Shown one piece after another: positions 1-18,199 of a stretch of 64,000 bases of DNA (within the stretch, counting starts at the first letter, position 1; each line of letters starts with the position of its first letter). The stretch comes from Phoronis australis (Eukaryota > Animalia > Phoronida). The stretch covers positions 79,588 to 143,587 of the forward strand of contig NMRA01000271.1 of NCBI GenBank assembly GCA_002633005.1, read 5' to 3'. Under the pieces are notes generated by a model. It was not told where the DNA came from. It did no database searches and saw only the letters and a program-made list of their open reading frames with translations. Both the position numbers and the translations under genes were made by a program.

Positions 1-622
1 TAAAAAATATTGAAAAGTTGTCAATGAATGCACTTATTATAAGAAGTTGATTAAAACGCCGAAAATGGTTTGGTACGTTAGTGAGCGTTCCATCGTGCAA
101 CAAGGGTAACGAACTAAGTATTGTGTGATGGTTTCGTAAACGTTTGTACTTCCAGTTTCACAGTGAACGCGGACACGTGAACAAGCTTGGAAATAATTTC
201 GTAAAATTAAATACGGTCTTAAAGGGACATTATTGGTTTTATGGCCGTCAAAAACGCATTTTGGGGGTCATTGTTGGATTGGGTAGATTTTATGAAGTTA
301 TAAGCTATAAACAAAATCTGTTGGTTTTTTATTACAAATTCCCAATTCTCTTCGTTGTCTACCAGACATTTGATGAAATCGAGGCTGGTAACTTTACAAG
401 TTTGCCTAAATACGAGTGAGATTCATGTCCAACAGCAGAGCGGCAGGCTGTGACCGCGGAGTTGGTCTTGGAAAATCAATTTTCTTGTCCACAATGTCCT
501 TCTTAACAAGCACGGTAGATAATAAATATTCTCACGTGCACAACATTACTCGGCGCTGCTATAACAAATTGACTCTGAAATGCATTCCATTGAAAGGTAG
601 CAAAGAAGCGAAAGCGGTATTT

Positions 623-1547
623 TTCAACTATGTGTGATCAATAAATAATTGGTCAGTCCATCAAGTAAGGTCAAAGTAAAGCTAACAGTTATTACTATTC
701 GACTCTAGAAAGGCAGGATTTGCAGAATGAACATAGTTGTCCACGCATTTTGTAGGCCTACAAACAGTAAAACGCTGAAGTAATGCCTGGTATACTTTTT
801 GTCTTTTTTCACAAAATAACGTCTAACTGAAAAGATACCAAACACCAAACACAATTTCAGCCAAGCAATATATATTCAACCACTCATCATTTCCTAATAT
901 TTGAAACATAAAATGCTCTGTTATGGTCGTCAAGTGTCAAAAAATTTTGGAGCGAGATTGAAATTTCCCTACACTCAACAAGCACTGGCTTCGACCAAGA
1001 CTCTCCAGCTTCAACTGCACGGGTGAGAAACAACATGACCGTCGGTCCTCTAAACAGGACCTCCGGGGATCAAATGGGACCGCCGCACCAGAAAATGGGA
1101 CTGACGCACCCAAAAACATGACCGCCCCACCACAAAACAGGACCGCCGGNTTCAACTATGTGTGATCAATAAATAATTGGTCAGTCCATCAAGTAAGGTC
1201 AAAGTAAAGCTAACAGTTATTACTATTCGACTCTAGAAAGGCAGGATTTGCAGAATGAACATAGTTGTCCACGCATTTTGTAGGCCTACAAACAGTAAAA
1301 CACTGAAGTAATGCCTGGTATACTTTTTGTCTGTTTTCACAAAATAACGTCTAACTGAAAAGATACCAAACACCAAACACAATTTCAGCCAAGCAATATA
1401 TATTCAACCACTCATCATTTCCTAATATTTGAAACAGAAAATGCTCTGTTATGGTCGTCAAGTGTCAAAAAATTTTGGAGCGAGATTGAAATTTCCCTAC
1501 ACTCAACAAGCACTGGCTTCGACCAAGACTCTCCAGCTTCAACTGCA
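623..1547. repeat. 397-bp near-identical duplication across an N join (623-1019 vs 1151-1547)
   Basis: The copies differ by a few SNPs and the second begins exactly after the N at 1150; probable haplotype overlap. Confidence 0.85.
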
Positions 1548-1656
1548 AGACCGATTTGTAATGTGACATGATGACGCTTGAAGTTGTCAGGATATTATTT
1601 TTATATATTCCTCATGGGAGGCAACACCGATAGTGGGGCGATGATAAATTAGCTTA

Positions 1657-1820
1657 AACAGTGGCTGCACCTGATTGTCTTCACCGGTCACGCCGGATCA
1701 ACCGGCTAAGACATCTGATTGGTTCTCGATGACGATTTCCGTCTTACTGACCAATCGGATGTCTTGAATAGCCGCTTGACCAGGTCGAACTGGTGAAGAC
1801 AATCAAATGAAGCCAGTGTT
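1657..1820. mobile_element. Palindromic MITE
   Basis: aacagtggctgcacctgattgtcttcacc pairs with ggtgaagacaatcaaatgaagccagtgtt; inner arms aagacatctgattgg / ccaatcggatgtctt. Confidence 0.7.
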
Positions 1821-1849
1821 AGTATTCTTTTAAGCAACAGGATTCGAAC

Positions 1850-1942
1850 CAAGATGTCCAGGACTCCGTAACGATCCACAGTTGACTTCAGAATGTTGTC
1901 AATGTCCTCAGTTTTCTCAAGATCCCCTTGAATAAGCAGTGG
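1850..1942 (-). CDS. SDR paralog B exon 3
   Basis: Homologous to 12146-12238; cag acceptor, weak gttcga donor. Confidence 0.85.
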
Positions 1943-4494
1943 CTGTAAAATACAGTAAATAAATATAGGTTATACAGCGTACGCCTTTGTACCAGTGGTT
2001 ATTATATCGTGATTCGTGATATGCAAAAGTATTTGAACCTATTTATACCACACACTGAACGAGAAACATTGCAATGAATCGATCTACCTTTTCTCGACTC
2101 GCCTCGGCTTGGTAACTACTTTCTATGTCAGAGGCCCGGGGTCAGAGGTCGTGGCCTTTTCAAAAAAGCCGAGCTATTTTTGTCAAATAATGCTTTTACT
2201 CAAAACCAATTGAAAATTTAAATAAAATAGAAATAAAGTGAATCTAAAAATTAAGGTTTAGCAACTATTATAGCTTAATTACTACACATTTTATCACGCT
2301 AAGCTGCGACCGGGAAAATATCGTCTGCTAAAGTAGGTTACCAATGGTAATTGAGTATAATGCTCAAGCCAAAGGATCCTGACGACACGATATCCGCATT
2401 CAAATTGGAGATCGGTGATTTACAAGTGAGAGAACACGAGAGATAAATTTCACTGAATAAAAATATCGTTTTTATGGAAATTATACGTCTTATTTTTCAT
2501 AGCGTACAAATGTCGGTACAATGCACTTTGTTGAATATGCGATTGTTGCGCGTATTCTATTTTCACATTTGATGACGTCTGCTGCAGAGTGGTGTAGTGG
2601 TAAAGTCGGCGACTCGAAACTCTTGTGGACCGGGTTCGAAACCGGCCTCGGTTCTCGCCAAAATGTTATCTCACTAGTGAGATAACTTTATGGGTTATTA
2701 CACGGTTGTATCTGCCATTCGATGCTAATAATGTGGTATAAATTAATGAAGAACAACGATAACACAGAGCATAGAAACTGTTCATAAGGATTAGCCAGTT
2801 GCTAGGTAGGCATTTTTTATAAACAGGCCCATGCCAAATGGCGTCGTATGGATGTCGCAAGCTATTGTTTAACTTGCGAGATCCAAGAGACGGGCGTAAG
2901 CGCGTCGCATGCTCATCGCCTATTGGGCACTACCATTGTTTTCCTTTGTTGCGTCTTTGATAACAATGGAGGTCGCACGTATATCGTACCTTGGACGACC
3001 ATCAGCCGGTTACCGATAATTTTGCTTACCATTATCTTTATTATAAGAAAGAAAAACAAACTAAACCATGGGTACGCCTATCTACCGGTGTCTAGGCGAC
3101 GAGCTTGCGACCTACTTTCCCGTGGGACTGGGTTTTCTTATTTATCCCGAGCCGGCACATATTGTTACATAACTGACGGAGTGATTTTGTCAACGTTCAC
3201 AGTCATTGAAAAACTTGGACCAAATATTTATCATATCCTAAACACATTTGTGTTCCAAGCATTAAGTAACTTCTAACCTTTTGTAGTTGGTTAGTAGTTT
3301 TAACTCAATAAGATGTATTTGTTTGTAAGGGCAAAGCCGCGAGTGGGGATTTCAACATATGAGTTATTGAACTTATCTGCTGGCAAAAATGACCCCTTCG
3401 CGGATAGCTCCTCTATCTAGCTAAATACTACGATTTACGCTAGTAAAACGTTTTCGTGAACCTCCTATTAGACTGGGAAACTGCTAACGTCGGTTTTCGA
3501 CACTCATGTGAACCTAGTATATTAGACTACGGTACACAATACAGCAGCTCAATTGTTTTACTAAGATTTATTTCAACAATTACGCCTACATACCGTTTGT
3601 TTCATTTTGTGGTTCGCGGCCCTTCTATGTTTGATTCCACAATCCACATTGATGAAATAGCGATAAACACCGTAAACCTTATCAAGCACCAAGATAACTT
3701 AATGACCTCGACGCACGATCTTTACTCCAGTTTTCCTCGGAACACAACAGGACCGTTTCAGAATGTGACTCGCGTGCAAAGTACATCTATTTAATTTTTA
3801 CATATCCCGGTAAAGTGTTTATTTATGTATCCTCTTGGGAGAAAATAGGTTAGTGCCGAATGATAGGCATAAAAGACATTGGTTATCGTCGACTTGGCCA
3901 TTGGTTAAACCTAGGACTCGGTTTTCCTGTAAGGCTAAACATGACTGAGTGACTCAGTGAACCGGTCAACAGCAAATCTTACTTTACCTTATTACTACTG
4001 TGTTTCTCACACTCTTCTCCCACCTTCTTCAGATTACCTTCCTGGCGACCTGTCAAGGCCAGCCTCGCTCCCAATTTGGAGAACAGAACTGCAGTTGCAG
4101 CACCAATTCCTGAACTGGCCCCTACATGAAGAAGATGAAACAAAGGAATGTGGTCATTTCCAGTCGCTCATCATTTTCCACACCTCGAGTAAAACCAGCA
4201 TATCTCAAAATATGATCTTACACAGCTCGTAAAACGGGCGACCGGGTCAGTACAACTGACTCTCTGCAGACCCCCTCGGTTTTCATGCAGGTATGTCCAG
4301 TCTACGGAGAGGTACGGTACGAGTTTAAACGGCAATCAATGTAATACCGTAAGCTCAGCGGCTCAAATTACTGACCAAAATTTCTCTCATTGCCATGAGT
4401 TTTGCTGTCCCTACACAAACTACACCGAGAAAATAAGAAACCAACCTGTAATGAGAGCAACTTTGCCAGACAAGTTGCACACAGTCGGGTCCAT
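1850..4494 (-). CDS. SDR (FabG-like) tandem paralog B, partial (exons 1-3; rest presumably beyond the left edge)
   Basis: Exons 4494-4446 (MDPTVCNLSGKVALITG), 4121-3988 (ASSGIGAATAVLFSKLGARLALTGRQEGNLKKVGEECEKHSSNK) and 1942-1850 (PLLIQGDLEKTEDIDNILKSTVDRYGVLDIL). GT-AG sites; exon sizes 49/134/93 match paralog A; TGxxxGIG Rossmann motif. Confidence 0.88.
2584..2660 (+). mobile_element. tRNA-derived SINE head / tRNA pseudogene
   Basis: A box TGGTGTAGTGG and B box GGTTCGAAACC at tRNA spacing; anticodon and acceptor stems pair poorly. Confidence 0.6.
3988..4121 (-). CDS. SDR paralog B exon 2
   Basis: GASSGIG motif, tag acceptor, gtaaag donor. Confidence 0.9.
4446..4494 (-). CDS. SDR paralog B exon 1
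   Basis: ATG at 4494, KVALITG, donor gttgg. Confidence 0.85.
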
Positions 4495-7400
4495 TTTGAC
4501 TACCACGTGACATGTGTAGATGAGATAACTCTTCTGCATGCGGAGGGCGAATAGATTAGTTTATTCGTGCATGGCGCTCTCTTTCAAAAGTAAGCGTTGG
4601 TGGACTCCTTGCGAAACCACACATTGACCATGAAATTTGTTTTCAAGGTACTTTTCCCCTTTTGAAAGGCACGATATGTTTCATCAAGCGAAAGGTTTCA
4701 CCTTTTTAACCCAGGTTCGTAAGTCAACATTTGCGTGACACAGTACAAAGGCATTTTCTTGCTCGACCTGGTCAACAAAGCGTAGACAGGGCTCACTAAC
4801 CGACTACTGCTTTAACTTTTAAAAGTTCAGAAACAAAATGATTTTTTCCTGATAAACTACATTTTTCACACTTGATGATCAATTTTTTATAGTATGGATT
4901 TTTAGTTGAGAAATCGAGCGCCCTCACCGCGCTGTAAGAAATCTGTTGGCTTTTGGATAGAAGTCTCGCAAGATATCGCCTCATCATTTGGTTTTTGTTC
5001 TCTTGTGGCCAAAAACGATTTTTAATCCCACATCCACATTCGTGGATAGCGATTTTCAAACAGATTGCACATGTGCCCTCTGGATAAAAAGATAGAAAAT
5101 GGCGGGTGTACCTTCGGTTGTTCTTTATATTTATTTCGTTAGTCGCGTAAAATTATTATTTTTTGTATTGATATGGATTTCTGATTATTACCAACTACGT
5201 CTTTAACCGTTCCACGTCCCACAGAAAGAAATGATTCCTGGCCAAGCGGATGATGAAGGACGTAACAATTTACTTGATAAGAGTGTCAAAAAGTCAACAA
5301 TGGGCACGTTTGACAATCATAAACAACTTAGTTCAATCGCAAGTGGTCTCTCAAGTTAACGTTAGATTGAAAATTTTTGGACCAATTGGTATGTAATAGT
5401 CAATACCTTTTATAGTCAATACCTTTTGGGATTTTCGTGACGTACATGTATTACATAAAAAGGATATGCGCCTATAAATTAGTGCTGGATATCAAAATAT
5501 TATTCGTCTAATTATTCTGTAGTTCGTCCCGTTATGCTGGTTAAAATGAAAATCGAAATAGGCCTTTTACTGTCATGTAAACTCGGACTCTTTGATATTC
5601 CTCATTGTGGTAAGATTCCATTATTGCTGCAAACTCAACTTCACGTGCAACGTGTACATGCGCCATTTTTGAATTTGCCATTTTAGGGATCATGGCAGGC
5701 CCAATAAACTTTGAAGCATTTTCTTGAAAAGCTAATGGGTTTCATGTTGATTACGGAAATAAAATCCTATCACGGCAAGGAATATTATGAGATCGATTTC
5801 ACGAGTGTAAAAAAGCTTTATTTGATTTTTGTTTTGAGCCAGCTAAATGAAGCTTTGGACAACCAATTGTTAATTCAATTGGTTGTTTAATCATGATTAC
5901 TAATTAGAGAGTCTCCATACCTAGTTCGAATAAGGTACATGTAGGCTACGATATTCTGCAAATTGCTACAAACTTAAAACTGCAGCCCTGGAATGCCAAC
6001 TCCCGCACGTGACCAATGTATTCTATTATTGCGACCCCGAGACTAGCCACTGAGAGTTTGCCGTATATTTCCGGCAGTCTGCTCGACTGAGCTTTGATAA
6101 AGTGTTGTCCATGTCAAATCAAGCCTAACTTTTCATTCTGACATTCTCGTTCATCAAGCGAGACTCTTGAGCTACGGTTCAAAGTCAACAAACCAGACGA
6201 ATTCATTGGTAACTCTTGATACGCACCGAACCGTGGTCCTACCTGGCCGGATACCGGGGAATAGTCTGGTCTCCGATATCGTTTCATCTCCAGTCTTAGA
6301 ACCAATTTGGACGAGCTGTCAAACTACATGCTCGGATGCTAGGAACTTTTCACTGAACAAGACATTTTTGAGTGTTCAGTAAAATCATATAGCAGTATTT
6401 TACGAAAGAAGCAATTTTTGGTTTCTGAGTGTTTGTTTTGCAATTTTATTAAAATAATAGATATTTTAGGCGGTACAGGTGTGTTTATGGTGCATTCTTT
6501 TAACTGGCAACCAGTCTATCAATATACATGTAGGTCTACAGACGAGGCAGTACAGTCGACACACGGGGTGGGCTGCAGGAAATGTCTATCTGAACCCCTA
6601 AGGAGGCACACCAAAGTTCAGTCCTATTCGGGAGTCAGTGACATGCAAATGCTACTCTGAGATGTGAATTAATTTAACACATGAATCATATATGCGGTGC
6701 TAATCCCATTACCAAACCCTTCACCAGTAAATCAGTACGACCGTGACCACTCGACTATCACTAAGACCTCACCCTAATCTGTATGAGGTTGCAGATTTGA
6801 ACACAAACTCAGCTGTAAATTACTTTACTCCACAATCAACCCATCAGTTTCCGACATACAAAATACTACCACTGAACCAGTACTGTTTACCTTCCACCTT
6901 CTCGTGAGGTAATTTGGCCACAAATTGACCAAATCAAAACTTTGGTTACATTTATGTAATTTAACAGCACAACACTACACATACAGACAATGGGGAATTT
7001 TCCATGAAATGCGGTAACAGCTAATAGACTGGCGACAACTAGTCACTTATCAACAGACCTACTCAGCTCATACCAGCTCACTGCTAATTTACATTATACC
7101 AAAAGGTAAAGACGACATAAAATGGCAGAATAAATCTTTTCTAACCAATAGTCATTAGATCCCTCCAGTACCAGATTAAGGTTTCTCGGAGCCCTAAACT
7201 ATGTATAGTCGGGAACGAGGTAATTAGGGCTGTCATCGGTCACCGCAATTCACCTTTCTTTCACTGAAATGTTAACCACCAGTTTCAAGCTAACCCCTCC
7301 CCGTAATCACAATATTTCTTACGCACACTCTGATCACCTTATCACCTTGGTGGCACCTACAACGCCAGACCCTAATCAGTCATCTCCTGAGAATATTGAA

Positions 7401-7632
7401 CTGTCTGATTGTAGGTCGTTGGAGTACGCCTTCTCTATGAAACAAAGACTTCACATAAATATGGTGACAAACATCATCAAAAATGATTTAAATTTTTTGT
7501 CAAAGTTGGCGTTTTTGTATTGCAAAATTGATGAAGTCTTGCGTTAACTTTAACCTCTTATATTCACTAAAGTATCCTAAACAGTGATTGCTCATTAGAA
7601 TAGACCTCTCAGTCGTCATAACAACAAGGAGA

Positions 7633-14071
<6,439 letters not shown>

Positions 14072-14079
<8 letters not shown>

Positions 14080-14096
14080 TTTGACTGTCACGTGAC
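14072..14096 (-). promoter_or_regulatory. YY1-like motif over the ATG plus palindromic E-box GTCACGTGAC at the SDR-A start
   Basis: CAAAATGGCGGC (minus strand, 14072-14083) and GTCACGTGAC (14087-14096). Paralog B keeps CACGTG at the same offset (4504-4509). Confidence 0.5.
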
Positions 14097-14571
14097 AAGG
14101 AGCTCACTGCCTCCTGTTGTCAAAAAGCATTCGCTAAAACGGGTAGGAGGTCCGACTAGTAGCAGTTTTGAAGTCGGGGCTGTCCATGACGTTAAATAAA
14201 CAATGGAATTCAGACACGGCTCGTTATTTAGTCCAGGGCGCATATCACCGTTTTAAATTCAATCATTTCTCAATTCCATTCTTTTCTTAGTTAATATATC
14301 AACTGAATTTCCTCATCTCCCGTCGTAATTAACTTTAGTGTTAGCCGAGTGGGCCCGCTGCAGTTAAATCAGTTCCACATAATTATTTGAATGTTAAGTG
14401 TGCTATTGTCTGTAAATGTGTAGTTGTTAACAAAATTTCCAGAATTATACTCAAAAGCTATCTGTATCATACGTTCGTGAAAAAATCTGGGTGTCTCATC
14501 CAGGCCGTGTCAATTAAACCCGTTCGTCGGTGCATGGAAAGATGTTCCGTCCACTGAAATTTGGTATGTGT

Positions 14572-16006
14572 ACAGGGGCGGATCCAGGATTTTGAGTTGG
14601 GGAGCAGGGCAGGGTATTGCATAGGCGGATTTAGGGGGGGCCAAGGGGGCCCGGGCCCCACCCCCCTTGGCTGCCGCAAAAAAAATAAAACAGCAAGAGC
14701 ATAGGGAAATGTTGAGTTCATTAATTTGCCCCGGTAATTAAAAATATACGGATGAAAAAAGGTTTAAATGTGTGCAGTTTTAGTGTTTGGGGGGCTCAGA
14801 TCCAATTTCAAGTGTCAAATCCGGAACACGGCGCATTCGTAGCGATGTCCCAGGCGACCGGCAGTGGCGCTGCGCAATACGACTCCCGTTTCCGTCGTCT
14901 GCTCCACTGTGCAATGAGGAAAATTTACTTCATTTTTTAAAGAAAATGGAACCTGAGTGACGATGAAAAAACAGAAGTTGCTGGTAAGGTGTGAATTTTT
15001 TTTTTTTTTTTTTNTTACTTCTACTAGCTAAACAGTACATTTACAAAGAGAGATGTCACAAAAATATACCTAATTTTCTCAAGTTCGTTACAAAAACTTA
15101 TGAATACTATAATGCTGAAAAATTAAATGCACATAACAACTTTGTACATGACAGCTTCTCTGCAAAATGGGAAAAATTTATTTTTCATGTTAAGTTCATG
15201 TAGAAGATATTTACTTTAAACGAGATATGAGAATGGTCTTCCTGAGGTGTGCATGCGTGAATGAATGGTGTACTTATTTGTTTGTTTGTTTTTGTAATTG
15301 TTTGTAAAGGTAAGGTGTGAATTTTAATCGAAGCCTTAGTGAATCACTCAGAAACTCATTATTTCTCTCTTTGTCAAACCTTAACTTAAGACGATTTCCA
15401 AAGCAATCCCGTCATCACGAAAAACGGATTTGGTCTATTGGCCATTTGAAGACTATTTTAAATACAACAAATTTGTTAAGAACCGATTGCACAAAATATA
15501 AAACGTGTAATAAGCATTACAAAAAGAAGTAGGTTTCGCGCGCAAACGCTGTGGAACATAAACAAGTAGGTCTCTTAGTTCAGTGTTATTAGTGAAATCG
15601 TGCATCAGCTAGGTCGTGAGTTCGAGTCTGTGGAATTCGCGATTTTCCTGTGTGACACATAATCTTTTTTTACTTTATTTTTTGCCTTTTTTTCTTGAAT
15701 AATACATCAGAAATCAAGGAAAATGCTTGATTTTTAGAGGAAAAACAGAAAAATTTCCTGGGCGGGAGGGGGTTTGCCCCCCATTCGGTGCTATGCGCAT
15801 CTACAATAGTGATTTGCGCAAATGCTTCCAGTCGGACGAAATGTTGGGCCCCCCTTGTGATATCCTAGATCCGCCACTGTATTAGCCGGGATTTTTCCCG
15901 TCAGATATTCACATCCCCGAACTCCCCAATGCGCGGGGAATCTGGGAGAATCATAGAGTAGGCCGGGCCACCTTGAGTGCCCCCCCTACCCTAAATCCGC
16001 CACTGG
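14572..16006. mobile_element. Cluster of GC-rich MITE ends (gtggcggatctagg / cctagatccgccactg family)
   Basis: Termini near 14572-14680, 15840-15879 and 15980-16005; relatives at 13410-13548, 35201-35515 and 40081-40226. 15841-15879 is nearly the reverse complement of 35202-35240. Confidence 0.6.
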
Positions 16007-17229
16007 TGTAGACTATACTTTTGAATGTGATTTTTAACAAAACAGAATCAGAAATATACTTCCACAGTCCAAATAGATTGCATTCTGCAGGTCGTATTGT
16101 TTCCGTTATATAAAAGGCCAGAGCTCACCTGCACTGCCTGGCTATTAATAAATATCGTTCAAGCTCATAATTAAGTATCAAACATTTCTCTGCACAGCCT
16201 CTCTCTCCTTTTCAACGTAGCTTATGCTATTCATATGAATGAAATTTATCAAGGTTGTAAATCGGCAATACACATACAGTACGAACATCTCCTTGAGATC
16301 ATGGAATGAAGGCCAACCCAATGCAAACAAGAACAAAAAATGTCTTCAACAGTGTATTTCGTACAAAAAGTGCATATTCTATAATAGTAGTCAATTATTT
16401 TCAAATGACTATCACTCTCAACTATTAAACAATGGTTTCCACAACGAAATCTTGAGGTAGTTTGGATTAAAACCCCGGAAGCATTTTATGTATGGTTCTC
16501 AGTACTGCAAAGTTATCCTTGCACGGCGTAGTAAGATATTGAAGATAACTTTAGGTTACTCTGATTATCAACCCTGTAAATAATTATTCGTTTATTCGTT
16601 GTGGAAACAGTATCAAAAAGGTTTCTCTGCAAACTACATCCTATTCCAGACATACTTCGAGGAAGTCGTATTTCGAGGAGGGTTTTTTAACTGACAATGC
16701 CCAATTTTACTTTGATCTGCTTCAACCATCTAATTTATTGAGCATGTCATAAGCCGCCTTCGGGAATCTGTCAGAAGACATTAAACCAGAATTTAACCAG
16801 TGTTATATAATACCCAGTATACAGAGGGAACCTCAAACATTTTTAAAACTGTAGCATTAGAAAAGGTGGTTCATACCCCAAGAACCATTTTACAAAAACG
16901 CAGATGCACCTTTTCAATGATATCGCACTCCCTCAGAACTATGACCACAGTGACGGGTATATCAGTTTTACAAATAATTCAAAAGAAGGTTACATTGGAA
17001 AATTTCAGCATCGTCTACAAAGTATGTTGATGGCAGCCATAGACTTACTACCTGGGAGTAATCATGAGACCCAAATGCTTATAGTGTCTAACCACTTCCA
17101 CCTGATCCTTATCAAAGATCCGTTATTTATGATTTCACAATGGGCCTCCATATCTAAAAATACAATAGTTTTTGTGTATCTGTTGTGTGTGTATGTGCAC
17201 GTGTGTTTTTTAAGGCTCACTGACATTTC

Positions 17230-18199
17230 CATGGGCGGCGCAGCACTGAAAAAAGTGGGGAGCTATAGCCCCCAGCCCCGTACGGTGCGCTGCCAATGAT
17301 TCCCCACGCCTGGCAACAGCTATATCAACACCCACTGCAGATTCATTTGAGTACTCATACGCAACACCATACAGTAATGAATGGATAAGTAATGTGTCAT
17401 CGGTCACAAATGCTCCTCTTAAATTTAGCGGTTTTAACAAGGTCCTAATTTCATTTGAGTGCATCGAAAATAATAAAGGGCTTATCATACCCCTGCCGTA
17501 TGACAATGGAAATAGTTGGTGAGACCTTGTGGTGTTTTTATGCAAGTACACAATTTCCCATACATTGACTGTGGGATTTTAATCACCTGTCCGTGTATAT
17601 AATAGCTAGGCGTTTTAATAATAATATATCAAGAATTTTATCAAACGCTTTAGCCAAATCTACGATTGCACAATAAAAACTACCCTCCTACCTGCTGGCA
17701 CATGTCGCACAAGACAAATAATAGTTTCGGGTGCCATAACCTTTTCGAAACCATGAACTACACCATTGTTGTTTGCCTTAGCAGCCAGCCGAACATCTAA
17801 TAGTTTGGTAAGTAATTTACTAACTACCGGTAATAAAGAAATCCCCATATAATTACTTTCATCATGCATGTTATTGGCATTATAGCGCAGCGTAGCACCA
17901 AGCTTGTGGGTATACGCCGGAAACCACACAATTTTATCAAACAAGCAGACAAAAATCGGATCGATATGTACTGGTACGTCAGTGTACTACATTCTGCAGG
18001 TCGCTGGCTCACTGTCCCAAAGCTGAAGCACACGACCGCCAGTGTGGTTTGATGCCCATCATTGACAGAAAAGCCTCGTCGTCCACTAAGTAGTAGTTGG
18101 TGTGGCCGAATCCTTAGACACCTCATGGGCGGTGCACCATAGGGGGCTGGGGAAGGGGCTATAATAGCCCCCACTTTTTTCAGTGCTGCGCCGTCCATG
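17230..18199. mobile_element. Two oppositely oriented ~70-bp MITEs (17230-17298, 18124-18199)
   Basis: catgggcggcgcagcactgaaaaaagtgggg... and its reverse complement; each copy has catgggcggYgca terminal inverted repeats. Confidence 0.7.
17330..17890 (-). mobile_element. Degenerate non-LTR retrotransposon (LINE) reverse-transcriptase fragment
   Basis: NYMGISLLPVVSKLLTKLLDVRL...HGFEK resembles the LINE RT N-terminal motif NYRxISLLxxxxKxxxxxLxxRL...QxGFR; the frame is disrupted. Confidence 0.7.

Noticed and set aside
2584-2660. Functional tRNA gene
   Set aside because: A and B boxes are present but the acceptor and anticodon stems do not pair; better explained as a SINE head or pseudogene. The same applies to 7874-7943, ~15570-15635 and ~51070-51115.
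2848-3794. 142-aa and 112-aa plus-strand ORFs
   Set aside because: They are antisense within an SDR intron, with no recognisable domain or splice context.
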